This document shows, piece after piece, positions 1 through 9,041 of a DNA stretch of 32,000 nt. The DNA lies in NCBI GenBank assembly GCA_964507075.1, contig CAZDOL010000001.1, positions 43,201-75,200 on the forward strand. Reading direction: 5' to 3'. Every line of letters starts with the position of its first letter. Position 1 is the stretch's first letter. Below the pieces are notes generated by a model, which had not been told where the DNA came from, did not search any database, and saw only the letters and a list, made by a program, of their open reading frames with translations. This DNA comes from an uncultured Gammaproteobacteria bacterium (GTDB taxonomy: Bacteria; Patescibacteriota; Patescibacteriia; UBA2591; UBA6264). Position numbers and translations under genes: made by a program.

Positions 1-1
1 C

Positions 2-1156
2 GATATTAATGGGGCTGATTTAATTGTGGTTAATATGTGTTCGGTTAGGCAATCAGCAGTAAACAGAATTTATGGATTAAGTAAAAAATTAGCTGATATT
101 AAAAAAAATAAACCTGAACTAAAAACGATTCTTACAGGATGCATTTTAAAGGCAGATCGAAAAAAAATGGAAAATAAATTTGACCAAATAATCAGCATTC
201 AAGATATTGATTGTCTTTTCAGTCCTGTTTCAACCGAGCATTATCTTTCGGCCCTCCCCCTTTATTCCTCTTCCTTCTCGGCTTATGTCCCAATTATGAC
301 CGGCTGTAATAATTTTTGCTCTTATTGTGTTGTGCCTTATGTGCGAGGCAGAGAATATTCCCGTCCAACTTCAGAAATCATTACTGAAATTCAAAAAATC
401 GTTAAAAGAGGTTATCATGAAATTATATTATTGGGACAAAATGTCAATTCTTATAAAAATAAAAATGGTCAGCATTTCCCTGAACTACTAAAAACCATTC
501 ACAATATCCCTGGTAATTTTTGGCTCAGTTTTATTACCTCTCATCCTAAAGATTTTTCCGATGAATTAATTGAAGTAATGGCTAATTCTCCAAAAATTTG
601 CCCCTATCTCCACTTAGCTGTTCAGTCCGGGGATAATCAAATTCTCAAAAAAATGAACCGAAATTATACCATAGAACAATATAAAAAAATAATATCTAAA
701 ATTCGCCGAAAAATACCACAAATCAACATTTCTACTGATATTATTGTAGGCTTTCCGGGAGAAACAAAAAGACAGTTTGCGCACACTAAAAAATTAATGA
801 AAAAAATTAAGTTTGATATGGCATATATCGCTCAATACTCACCTAGGCCAAACACCAACGCAGCCAAATTGAAAGACAATATATCTACCAAAGAAAAGAA
901 AAAAAGAGATAAAATCCTAAATCAAATCTTAACAAAAACAGCCCTTCAGAATAACCAAAAATATATTGGTCAAAAAACTGAAGCCTTAGTTATTAATCCC
1001 TATCAGGCCAAAACAAAAAGTTTTAAAAAAATTAAATTAGACAAACCTGCTGTTCCAGGCGCATTCATTTCTTGCCAAATTACCGCTGCTCAAGCTTGGA
1101 GATTAATCGGGCATCCTCTTGATGCGACGCAAAATAACAACATAAATTCCAATTAA
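2..1156 (+). CDS. miaB: MiaB-family radical-SAM tRNA methylthiotransferase, 5' end cut by window edge
   Basis: The frame is open from base 2 (DINGADLIVVNMCSVR), so the GTG at 26 in the ORF track is internal. Radical-SAM CxxxCxxC motif (CNNFCSYC), LLGQNVNSY, LHLAVQSGD and a TRAM-like C-terminus are present. miaA lies nearby. Confidence 0.85.
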   Translation, partial: DINGADLIVVNMCSVRQSAVNRIYGLSKKLADIKKNKPELKTILTGCILKADRKKMENKFDQIISIQDIDCLFSPVSTEHYLSALPLYSSSFSAYVPIMTGCNNFCSYCVVPYVRGREYSRPTSEIITEIQKIVKRGYHEIILLGQNVNSYKNKNGQHFPELLKTIHNIPGNFWLSFITSHPKDFSDELIEVMANSPKICPYLHLAVQSGDNQILKKMNRNYTIEQYKKIISKIRRKIPQINISTDIIVGFPGETKRQFAHTKKLMKKIKFDMAYIAQYSPRPNTNAAKLKDNISTKEKKKRDKILNQILTKTALQNNQKYIGQKTEALVINPYQAKTKSFKKIKLDKPAVPGAFISCQITAAQAWRLIGHPLDATQNNNINSN

Positions 1157-1792
1157 CAAAATACCGAGGGGGATAATATTCCACTGCAAATTAAACCTCA
1201 CAATACTATTATACAAACCGTGAAGTAAGAAAGCCCAAAAAAGACCGAGTAAGGGAAGATATCTTGAATATTTGGGATTAAATTTGACTAATCCCCAATA
1301 ATACCCAATGATTCCTCCTGTTAAAAAATGAATTAATGTTGTGGTCAATCCCCTAAGCAAAATAAGGCTTGTGCCAGACCATATATTCGGAGACAAAAAA
1401 CCATAAAGGATATTTTCACTAAAGGCAAACCCTAAACCTAAAGTCATGCCATAAATAAAACCATCCCTAATTTGATTAAAATGTTGAGCTCGATAAATTC
1501 CCAAACGAAAAATAACATATTTTGCCAATTCTTCAAATAGACCATCAATTAAAAAAGAACAGAATAATATCATCAAAATTGGACCTAAAATTAAATTCTT
1601 TTCACTCCAATCAGTTAAATTGCCCGTAATCAACATTAAAGGGATGGTAACTAAACATCCCAACAAAAAAACTCTAAAAATTTGCCCAGCTGGTTCTGGG
1701 GCCGAACGATCTAATCTTAAGCAAACCAAAAGCCATATTCCAATGGGCAAAGCGCTGAATAATAAATAAATTAAAAAAATTTGATAATTCAT
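1103..1792 (-). CDS. PrsW-family intramembrane protease (multi-pass membrane protein)
   Basis: Polytopic hydrophobic protein with the EExxK motif (FEELAKY) and a C-terminal H-containing motif (LLHGLYN) typical of PrsW-type proteases. Confidence 0.65.
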   Translation of the reverse strand: MNYQIFLIYLLFSALPIGIWLLVCLRLDRSAPEPAGQIFRVFLLGCLVTIPLMLITGNLTDWSEKNLILGPILMILFCSFLIDGLFEELAKYVIFRLGIYRAQHFNQIRDGFIYGMTLGLGFAFSENILYGFLSPNIWSGTSLILLRGLTTTLIHFLTGGIIGYYWGLVKFNPKYSRYLPLLGLFWAFLLHGLYNSIVRFNLQWNIIPLGILLIGIYVVILRRIKRMPD

Positions 1793-1816
1793 AGCATCTT
1801 TAATGCTACCTCAACT

Positions 1817-2755
1817 ATGAAAAAAAATAAACCCCCATTAATAATCATTTGTGGACCAACTGGCTCGGGCAAAAGTTCTCTTGCTTTAAAATTGGCCAAA
1901 GGATGTTCAATAAAAAATCAAAATGTTGAAATTATATCCGCGGACAGCAGGGCTATTTATAAAGGAATGGACATTGGCACTGCCAAGACATTGCCAAGCG
2001 ATAATAACGGAATCACGCATCACATGATTGACATTGTTGACCCAAGTCAAAAATTTACCGTAGCTTTATTTAAAGAAAGGGCCACAAAAATTATTAAAAA
2101 AATCCATCAACAAAAAAGAATACCCTTTCTTGTTGGCGGCACAGGATTATATATCAGCGCCATTGTTGACAACTTAACAATCCCTAAAGTTAAACCAGAT
2201 GAAAAAATCAGAGCTAAAATGGAAAAAGAAATCAATAATAAGGGCCTAGATTTTGTCTGGCAAAAATTATTAAAAATAGATCCACAAGCCAAACACTTTG
2301 TGCAAAAAGAAAATCCTCGTCGAGTGATTAGAGCCATAGAAGTTTGTTTAAAAACAGGACAACCCTTTTCTCAACTACGAACTAAAGCCCAACCAAAATT
2401 TGAAACCCTACAAATCGGCCTTAAAACAGAAAGAACAAAACTATATTCTCAAATTAATCAAAGGGTAGAACAAATGATTAAAAATGGATTAGTGAAAGAA
2501 GTTAGAGAATTGATTAAAAAATATCCCGCATCTAATCCAGGTTTGACCAGCATCGCTTATCAAGAAATCATATTATATCTGGAAAATAAGATTACACTAC
2601 AAGAAGCAATTGATTTAATTAAAAAAAATACGCGCCATTACGCACGTCGTCAAATAACTTGGTTCAAGAAAGATAAACGCATTCATTGGGTTGCTACATA
2701 TTCCCAAGCAAATCAACTAATCAAAAATTTTCTGCTTCACCAATCAAGAAACTGA
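1817..2755 (+). CDS. miaA: tRNA dimethylallyltransferase
   Basis: N-terminal P-loop (IIICGPTGSGKSSLA), SADSRAIYKGMDIGTAK, LVGGTGLY and YARRQITWF. ATG at 1817 is preferred over TTG at 1781 because it places the P-loop at the usual distance from the N-terminus. Confidence 0.9.
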   Translation: MKKNKPPLIIICGPTGSGKSSLALKLAKGCSIKNQNVEIISADSRAIYKGMDIGTAKTLPSDNNGITHHMIDIVDPSQKFTVALFKERATKIIKKIHQQKRIPFLVGGTGLYISAIVDNLTIPKVKPDEKIRAKMEKEINNKGLDFVWQKLLKIDPQAKHFVQKENPRRVIRAIEVCLKTGQPFSQLRTKAQPKFETLQIGLKTERTKLYSQINQRVEQMIKNGLVKEVRELIKKYPASNPGLTSIAYQEIILYLENKITLQEAIDLIKKNTRHYARRQITWFKKDKRIHWVATYSQANQLIKNFLLHQSRN

Positions 2756-2766
2756 ACACCCTAACA

Positions 2767-2797
2767 AAAAGTTTGGACACCGAGTGTCCAAACTTTT
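2767..2797. repeat. REP-like hairpin copy A1 (AAAAGTTTGGACAC-CGA-GTGTCCAAACTTTT); likely bidirectional terminator
   Basis: Perfect 14-bp inverted repeat with a 3-nt loop, A-run before and T-run after on both strands. It sits between the convergent stops of miaA (2755) and the Y1 transposase-like gene (2798). It is identical to the copy at 25305-25335. Confidence 0.8.
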
Positions 2798-3481
2798 CTA
2801 CTCTAATAGAAATCTCTTAATTCGCTTATTTTCCTTTATTCTCTTTAAAGAATCTTTAGCAAACCCTTTATAAGCCTCCGCATTGCCAAATTGGTCCAAT
2901 ACAATATCCTTTTCACAAAAACCTTTCTTATTTCTATTGTTTTTATTAGAATCACTCTCAACGTATTCGTCCCAGCTTGATTTAAAAAGTTCAGTGGCCG
3001 AGCCACTGAACTTTTCTAAATTATGTACCTTATAATTTAAATTAATATAAGTACTTAAGTGCAATAAATATTCATTAGAACCTATATGAATCGCTTGGTA
3101 TTTCCCTTGACACAATGACCCGCTCCGTTTATATTTTTTATTAAAATATTCTGTATATCCAGTGCCTAACCTATGCATAAATTTTTGAATCCCCTTGTCA
3201 ACTAATTGTTTCAAAATAAAATGATAATGATTCGGATTTAAGCAATAACAAACAAAATTAACCAATTTTTTCTTTTTGGAAAGTTCAGTGGCCGAGCCAC
3301 TGAACTTTTTTCTCAATCTCTTTGCTTCATAAATACTATCAATTGGATTCATAGTATTAAATTCTTCCATGCTCAAAAAAAATCTATTTAAATCTTCTTG
3401 GCATTCAAAAATTATACGCTTATCTACTCCACGATTATAGATATGATAATATTCGTCATTAACAAATTTAACTTTTCTCAT
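2798..3481 (-). CDS. IS200/IS605-type Y1 (HUH) transposase-like protein, RayT-like
   Basis: N-terminal YYHIYNRGVDKRIIF, HUH motif in LNPNHYHFIL, and a Tyr-containing C-terminal motif STYINLNY. The gene is flanked on both sides by REP-like hairpins. The ORF is intact despite two internal hairpin copies. Confidence 0.65.
   Translation of the reverse strand: MRKVKFVNDEYYHIYNRGVDKRIIFECQEDLNRFFLSMEEFNTMNPIDSIYEAKRLRKKFSGSATELSKKKKLVNFVCYCLNPNHYHFILKQLVDKGIQKFMHRLGTGYTEYFNKKYKRSGSLCQGKYQAIHIGSNEYLLHLSTYINLNYKVHNLEKFSGSATELFKSSWDEYVESDSNKNNRNKKGFCEKDIVLDQFGNAEAYKGFAKDSLKRIKENKRIKRFLLE
2985..3015. repeat. REP-like hairpin copy B1, inside the Y1 transposase-like ORF (AAAAGTTCAGTGGC-CGA-GCCACTGAACTTTT)
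   Basis: Perfect palindrome read directly. It is translated in-frame on the minus strand as EKFSGSATELF. Confidence 0.8.
3280..3308. repeat. REP-like hairpin copy B2, inside the Y1 transposase-like ORF (AAAGTTCAGTGGC-CGA-GCCACTGAACTTT)
   Basis: Nucleotide-identical core to the copy at 2985-3015. It is translated in the same relative frame as KKFSGSATELS. Confidence 0.8.
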
Positions 3482-3512
3482 ATATATATTTATATCTCTT
3501 TTAAAGACTAAT

Positions 3513-3541
3513 AAAGTTTGGTGACCGAGCCACCAAACTTT
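3513..3541. repeat. REP-like hairpin copy C1 (AAAGTTTGGTGAC-CGA-GCCACCAAACTTT, one A/C mismatch)
   Basis: Inverted repeat abutting the gatB stop (3542) and upstream of the Y1 transposase-like start (3481). Confidence 0.75.
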
Positions 3542-5041
3542 TTATAAAAATTTTGTTAATAACTTCTTGATTAAATCTGGGCTTATTTGCCCTTTTGTTT
3601 TTTTAACTGTTTGGCCTATTAAAAATTGAATGGCATTAGGATGACCCTTTTTGATTTTATCCACTATTTCAGAATTATTTTTAATAACATCTTGAACAAT
3701 AACTTCTATCTTTTCTGATTCAATAATTTCCAGAGAACCAAACTCTAACAACAAAGAGCCAGCATCTTGTCCTGTTTGAAACATTTTTTTCAAAATTTTT
3801 CGACCTAAAATATTAGATAACTTTTTCTGATATATTAAAATAATAAACTCAGTAAAATTTTCACAAGAAACACTGGATTCTTTTTTATTAGATTCTTGTG
3901 AAAAAACTAAATAATAATTGATGAACCAATTGGCAATTAATCTAATTATTTTTTTCTTATTTCTTTGCCATATCTCTGGTTCACTAGCGTCCATTCCTTC
4001 ACAAGAACTAATCCAGTCTTGCATTTTTTTGATAACCTCTTCTATGAAATACAATCGAGTTGGCAATGCAGTCAATATTCTAATTTCATCTTCTGAAAAG
4101 CAATATTTTTTTCGCCAACGCTTCCTTTGCTGAGCTGGCAATTCGGGCAAAGATTTGCTTAATTTTTTAATATCAAATGGAAATTCTTTGGATTTGGTAA
4201 AAAAAACTGGTAGATCTGGCTCCTTAAAATATCTATAATCTTTGGTCTTTTCTTTACTTCTCTGCTCAACTGTAATTCCTTTTTGTGCATCCCAACCACG
4301 CGTTATCTCTATTTTCTGCACTCTGTTATCGCGCCACAGCTCAGTCTGTCTTTTGATTTCATACCTTAGAGCATCTTCTACAGCCTTAAATGAGTTAAGG
4401 TTTTTTATCTCTGTTTTGGGATAAAGATTATCTCCGTTGTTTTCTGGTCTTAAAGAAATGTTGACATCACACCTCATCTGCCCATTTTCCATTTCTGCAT
4501 TGGAAACATTTAATGCCCGAGCTATCTCCTGTAATTCTTGTAAAAAAAATTTAGCCTGAGAAGGACTCTCTATATCCGGTTTAGTTACTATTTCAGCCAA
4601 AGGCACTCCTGCGCGATTAAAATCCAATAAGCTATAACCTTCTTTTGAATGCAGTAATTTAGCAGTATCTTCCTCAATATGTATTCTCTCTAAATTAATT
4701 CTTTGTCCCTTGATGTCCAAATGTCCTCCAATAATTAAAGGAGAATAATATTGACTAATCTGATATCCTTTGGGCAAGTCTGGATAAAAATAATTTTTAC
4801 GATCAAACCAAAAACTTTCCGCTACCTCTCCCTTTAATGCTAACCCTAAAAGCAAAACTTTTTCTATTACTTTTTTGTTTAAAACTGGCAAAACCCCAGG
4901 ATGACCCAGGCAAGTTGGACAAACATTAATGTTGGGTAAAACACCCTGAACCTTATTCAAGCAAGAACAGAATAATTTGCTCTTTGTGTTAAGTTCCAAA
5001 TGAATTTCTAAGCCAATAATAGACTTTAAGTTAAGATGCAT
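3542..5041 (-). CDS. gatB: Asp-tRNA(Asn)/Glu-tRNA(Gln) amidotransferase subunit B
   Basis: IGLEIHLELNTKSKLFCSC, CPTCLGHPGVLP, RKNYFYPDLPKGYQISQ, DFNRAGVPL, CDVNIS and a C-terminal YqeY-like tail. Confidence 0.95.
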   Translation of the reverse strand: MHLNLKSIIGLEIHLELNTKSKLFCSCLNKVQGVLPNINVCPTCLGHPGVLPVLNKKVIEKVLLLGLALKGEVAESFWFDRKNYFYPDLPKGYQISQYYSPLIIGGHLDIKGQRINLERIHIEEDTAKLLHSKEGYSLLDFNRAGVPLAEIVTKPDIESPSQAKFFLQELQEIARALNVSNAEMENGQMRCDVNISLRPENNGDNLYPKTEIKNLNSFKAVEDALRYEIKRQTELWRDNRVQKIEITRGWDAQKGITVEQRSKEKTKDYRYFKEPDLPVFFTKSKEFPFDIKKLSKSLPELPAQQRKRWRKKYCFSEDEIRILTALPTRLYFIEEVIKKMQDWISSCEGMDASEPEIWQRNKKKIIRLIANWFINYYLVFSQESNKKESSVSCENFTEFIILIYQKKLSNILGRKILKKMFQTGQDAGSLLLEFGSLEIIESEKIEVIVQDVIKNNSEIVDKIKKGHPNAIQFLIGQTVKKTKGQISPDLIKKLLTKFL

Positions 5042-6407
5042 TTTTAGCGGTTAAAATTACGGGAATAGTCATTAATATAATTTGTAAATCAAATAATAAA
5101 GACCAGTTCTCTATATAATAAATATCTAATTTTGCTTCTTCTTCAAAAGATAATTTTGAACGACCAGAAATTTGGGGTAAACCAGTTAACCCAGGTTTAA
5201 TGGCTAATAACTGCTTGTGATGTAAGGCATAATTAGCTATTTCTTGGGGTTCGTGAGGACGCGGACCAACCAAGCTCATTTCTCCATTGATAATATTAAA
5301 TAACTGAGGTAATTCATCCAAACTTGTTTTGCGCAAAAAACGACCAAAACGAGTTATTCGCGGATCATTTTTCATTTTAAACAAGGGCCCCTCCCTTTCA
5401 TTATGTTTTAATAACTCCTTCTTGAGTTTTTGTGCGTTAGGAATCATAGAGCGAAATTTATAAAGCTTAAAAGGATGATTTTTTTGACCAATTCTTTTAA
5501 GGCTAACAAAAACCGGTCCGCGAGAATCAATCCTAATAATAACAACCAAAATTAAAAAAACTGGAGACAAAAGTATTAAAGCCAAAAAAGCGATGATTAA
5601 ATCAAAAAAACGTTTGACAATTCTTCCCCAACCACAAAGAGCTGTTTGTCCTAAAGTAATAATTGGAACGCCATTAATTGCTTCCATCTGCACATTACTT
5701 GCTAAAGAACCAAAAATGTCAGCCGCATATCTAAAAATAATTTGATGCTCCTGGCAAAAATCAATAATTTTCAATACTTCTGAGCGCTCTAAAAGAGGGT
5801 CTGTTTGGATAATTTGATTTATCTCTCTTGTCCGCCCCAACCATTTCTCTTGTAAATTTGAAAATGATTTGGGATTACCTAAAACTTGATACCCAACCCC
5901 AGAATTATTTTGTAAATAATTAATAATTTGTTCTGTGGTTTTGTCTTTTCCTAATATTAAAACTGGTTCTAGATTTTTTCCCTTTCTATAAGCTGACAAT
6001 TCTAAAACATGAATCAACGCCCTTCCCATACTAACAAAAATAATAGAAACTATCCAAGCTGCTAAAATAATAAAACGGGAAGAAAAATATTCTCCTTTAA
6101 AAAAAATAAAAGCCACAATAAGCATTATACCCATAGAACAAGCTAAAAATATTTTAGGAACTTCTTTGGAAAACCTGCGTTTCAATCCCAGATTATAAAG
6201 ACCAGATAAAATAAAAATGCCTAGCCAAAGCAAAGCAATTAAAAGAATTGAAATAAAATATTCCTTAAATGGAATTTCGTAAATAACCGGTCGCAAGCTT
6301 GTGAATGCAGTAAAACGTAAGAAATAAACAAAAACTCCGGACAAAATCAACATAAGATAATCTGCGGGTACTAAAAAAGTAGCAAAAAATAAATCATTTC
6401 TTTTCAT
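5031..6407 (-). CDS. Polyprenyl-phosphate glycosyl-phosphotransferase (WbaP/bacterial sugar transferase family)
   Basis: N-terminal TM bundle and a C-terminal sugar-transferase domain (KLYKFRSM, DELPQLFNIINGEMSLVGPRP, KPGLTGLPQISGRS). Confidence 0.85.
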   Translation of the reverse strand: MKRNDLFFATFLVPADYLMLILSGVFVYFLRFTAFTSLRPVIYEIPFKEYFISILLIALLWLGIFILSGLYNLGLKRRFSKEVPKIFLACSMGIMLIVAFIFFKGEYFSSRFIILAAWIVSIIFVSMGRALIHVLELSAYRKGKNLEPVLILGKDKTTEQIINYLQNNSGVGYQVLGNPKSFSNLQEKWLGRTREINQIIQTDPLLERSEVLKIIDFCQEHQIIFRYAADIFGSLASNVQMEAINGVPIITLGQTALCGWGRIVKRFFDLIIAFLALILLSPVFLILVVIIRIDSRGPVFVSLKRIGQKNHPFKLYKFRSMIPNAQKLKKELLKHNEREGPLFKMKNDPRITRFGRFLRKTSLDELPQLFNIINGEMSLVGPRPHEPQEIANYALHHKQLLAIKPGLTGLPQISGRSKLSFEEEAKLDIYYIENWSLLFDLQIILMTIPVILTAKNAS

Positions 6408-6422
6408 ATGATTTTTAGTATA

Positions 6423-6462
6423 ACAAAAAATAAAACAAAATCCCAGAGCATAAGCTCGGGGA
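6423..6462 (-). terminator. Putative intrinsic terminator after RNase P RNA
   Basis: On the minus strand, UCCCCGAGC-UUAU-GCUCUGGGA (one mismatch) is followed by UUUUGUUUUAUUUUUU, about 12 nt after the predicted rnpB 3' end. Confidence 0.5.
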
Positions 6463-6473
6463 TTAAGTATTTT

Positions 6474-6842
6474 AGATAAACCTATAAGCCGAATTCTGTT
6501 CCGTTAATTTTACAAAAAACGGGATGACTATTTATCTAGACTTAATGTTACCATTAAACTCTAACGACCTACCGAAATTTGGTCTTGCACTCAAATAAGG
6601 ATTTAGCCGTTTCATCGTGACCTTTGTTCTATAATCACGCTCACCCTCTTAAATAAATTTGAGAGGGTGCCTCAACTTTTGCAAGTTTTGGCGTCTCTGT
6701 TCGCACCTCTACTGATTTCGTCTAAAATAGATAAAATCAGCGACGGGAATTACCCGCTATCCTTCTCCTTGTCGCCAAGGGAGTGTTCGGACTTTCCTCT
6801 TAACAACCCATAAGGGCTATCAAGCAGCCATCTAGTTTATCT
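6474..6842 (-). ncRNA. rnpB: RNase P RNA, bacterial type A
   Basis: The minus strand carries GAGGAAAGUCCGAACAC (CR-I), CUAGAUAAAUAGUCAUCC and ACAGAAUUCGGCUUAUAGG (CR-V). The P1 helix pairs AGAUAAAC(U) at the 5' end with AGGUUUAUCU at the 3' end. Ends are approximate. Confidence 0.9.
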
Positions 6843-6880
6843 ACTTAATATGATGGCATAATTTCTCTAAAAAATCAAGG

Positions 6881-7291
6881 TTAAGAAAACAAATTTTGAT
6901 CAATAACTTGATTTACGAGACTGTCAGCTTTTTTGTTTTTTTCTCGTGGAATATGATAAAAATTAACTTGTTTAAAAGATTGAGACAAATTCCAAACTCT
7001 TAAAAACAAAACCCCTAGTTCTTGATTTTTCACCTTATATCTTCGGTTTAATTGCTCCACAATTAATTTGCTGTCTAAATAACAATCCACAATGCTTGCT
7101 TTTAATTTTTTTACTTTTTCTAATCCCGAAATAAGAGCTTGATATTCAGCTTTGTTATTTGTTGTATGGCCCAAAAACTGAGAATGTTCTTGGATAATTT
7201 TGTGGTTGCTGTCATAAATAACAACCCCAATTCCTCCTGGGCCTGGGTTTCCACGAGCTCCACCATCAGTATAAATTATATATTTCATCAT
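6881..7291 (-). CDS. rnhA: Ribonuclease HI family protein
   Basis: YTDGGARGNPGPGGIGVVI, NNKAEYQALISGL, DSKLIVEQL and KNKKADSLVN supply the type-1 RNase H D-E-D-D residues. Confidence 0.85.
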   Translation of the reverse strand: MMKYIIYTDGGARGNPGPGGIGVVIYDSNHKIIQEHSQFLGHTTNNKAEYQALISGLEKVKKLKASIVDCYLDSKLIVEQLNRRYKVKNQELGVLFLRVWNLSQSFKQVNFYHIPREKNKKADSLVNQVIDQNLFS

Positions 7292-7295
7292 TTTG

Positions 7296-8993
7296 TTAAT
7301 TTGATTTTTTAATATCTACTACTTTCATTTGTAATTCTCGTGTCCCATTCCATTGATTAACGTCTAATTTAAAAACTATATCTATTTTCTGCCCTTGTTT
7401 AAAATTAGTCATTATAGAAGCAGAGTTAAAATAAATCATTTTACGACCTCCTTCTACAAAAAGACGATAATGCTGATTATTTTTACCCACTGATTGAATT
7501 TTTTCTAAAATTATATTTTTTACTAAAAAATTGGGCTGAGAATTTTCGCAACCAAATGGCTCAAACTTAATCAATTCTTCGTACAAATTCCAATTAATGT
7601 CATCTGGGTTAATTTCTGCTTCAACAGATAATTTAGGAGCTATCGCATCTAAATCTAAAACTTGCTCTGCTTTTTTCAAAATTTTTTCTTTAAAATCATC
7701 AAAACAACCTGTTCCATTTAGGGTAAAACCAACTGCTCCACTGTGCCCACCAAAGCCCTTAAAATATTTACCCTCCGTCTTGAGAAAAGCAAACAAATCA
7801 AATCCGCTAATAGAACGCCCAGAACCAGTAAGATTTTTGCCCTCTTTTCTTAAAATTAAAGCTGGCCTGTAAAAAGCGTCAACTAATTTATTAGCTACTA
7901 AGCCCAAAACGCCACCTGGCCAATCTTCTCCTAAAGCTATAATAATTTTATCTTTCTCGTTAACCTTAATTGATTTAAAAACTTTTTCAGTTATCTTCTG
8001 TCTTTGCGTGTTTAATAAGTTCAGGTGTTGAGCATGTTCATCAGCTTCACTTTGGTTAAGAGACAAAAATAAACCCAAGGCATCAGTGGCATGATTAATG
8101 CGACCAGCAGCATTAATTCGTGGACTCAATTGATAGCCAACATTACCTGCATTCAAAGAACCTGTCTCAAGGGAAGAATGTTTTATTAATGATTTCAGTC
8201 CTAAATTACGAGTTTTATTTAAAACAACCAAACCATATTTGCTTAAAACCCTATTTTCTCCGAGCAAGGGCATAAAATCCGCGATTGTACCAAGAGCTAC
8301 TAAATCTAACAGCCATTTTTCGGTCGCCTCTTTATCTGAAAGAGGACAATCTTTATGTCTTAATAATCCCTGAATTAATTTAAACGCTACCCCCACTCCA
8401 GCCAAAAATTTAAAAGGATATTTCTCTCGTTCTAATTGGGGATTAATTATGGCCAAAGAGTTTGGCAACTTAGATGGTTCGCGATGGTGGTCAGTTACAA
8501 TCACGTCAATATTTGATTTATTAGCTAAGTCAATCTCTTCAATATTAGAAACCCCACAATCACAAGTAATAATCAAATCTATTTTCTGTTTGATAAAATC
8601 TTTGATAGCCTTCTTGTTAAGCCCATAGCCATCTTTTTGTCGGTCAGGAATATAAACATGCAAGTCTTTTATTCCTATTTTTTTAAACACCTCAAATAAA
8701 ATAGTTGAAGATGTCACTCCATCTGTGTCATAATCTCCGCAAATAACCACCTTTTCATTATTTTTAATTGCTTGATATATGCGACTAACAGCTTTTTTCA
8801 TATCCTTCAATAAAAAGGGGTCGTGGATATCTTGAGAATAATCAGGATGCAAAAATTTATCAATCTTTTCTTGGGTTTTAATCCCTCTGTTTGCCAGCAA
8901 TTGTAAAATAACCGAATTAATCTCCGGAAATTTATTTTGAAAATCTTTAGAAATTGGGGGAAAAACCTCCCAAATTTTCTGCATATCTTTCAT
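7296..8993 (-). CDS. recJ: Single-stranded-DNA-specific exonuclease RecJ
   Basis: DHH motifs (ICGDYDTDGVTS, ITCDCG, VTDHH), DHHA1 region (GGHSGAVGF) and an OB-like C-terminus. Confidence 0.9.
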   Translation of the reverse strand: MKDMQKIWEVFPPISKDFQNKFPEINSVILQLLANRGIKTQEKIDKFLHPDYSQDIHDPFLLKDMKKAVSRIYQAIKNNEKVVICGDYDTDGVTSSTILFEVFKKIGIKDLHVYIPDRQKDGYGLNKKAIKDFIKQKIDLIITCDCGVSNIEEIDLANKSNIDVIVTDHHREPSKLPNSLAIINPQLEREKYPFKFLAGVGVAFKLIQGLLRHKDCPLSDKEATEKWLLDLVALGTIADFMPLLGENRVLSKYGLVVLNKTRNLGLKSLIKHSSLETGSLNAGNVGYQLSPRINAAGRINHATDALGLFLSLNQSEADEHAQHLNLLNTQRQKITEKVFKSIKVNEKDKIIIALGEDWPGGVLGLVANKLVDAFYRPALILRKEGKNLTGSGRSISGFDLFAFLKTEGKYFKGFGGHSGAVGFTLNGTGCFDDFKEKILKKAEQVLDLDAIAPKLSVEAEINPDDINWNLYEELIKFEPFGCENSQPNFLVKNIILEKIQSVGKNNQHYRLFVEGGRKMIYFNSASIMTNFKQGQKIDIVFKLDVNQWNGTRELQMKVVDIKKSN

Positions 8994-9005
8994 ACTTTAT
9001 TTTTA

Positions 9006-9024
9006 TTGGTGGCCGAGCCACCAA
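9006..9024. repeat. REP-like hairpin copy C2, left flank degenerate (TTGGTGGC-CGA-GCCACCAA + ACTTTT)
   Basis: Same core stem and loop as the copy at 3513. It lies between the recJ start (8993) and the alr stop (9042). Confidence 0.65.
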
Positions 9025-9041
9025 ACTTTTACTTAAGTTTA

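Noticed and set aside
2107-2337. Antisense or embedded ORFs from the six-frame track: 2107-2337, 3918-4133, 4242-4424, 7597-7872, 9699-9959, 11513-11704, 12888-13247, 14245-14469, 14761-15039, 15904-16089, 17032-17463, 18601-19053, 20157-20462, 21291-21545, 21774-22004, 22103-22412, 23074-23277, 23775-23975, 24676-24921, 25793-25975, 26281-26481, 26662-26871, 27324-27557, 29239-29568, 29274-29486, 29932-30240, 30623-30817, 31164-31427 and 31231-31419.
   Set aside because: All lie inside, and mostly antisense to, genes with strong family-level motif support. Their translations are low-complexity or hydrophobic with no recognisable motifs. They are typical shadow ORFs.
2753-2755. Possible alternative genetic code (UGA reassignment, as in some CPR lineages)
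   Set aside because: miaA terminates at a TGA at the position expected for its C-terminus. All family-recognisable ORFs are full length under the standard code.
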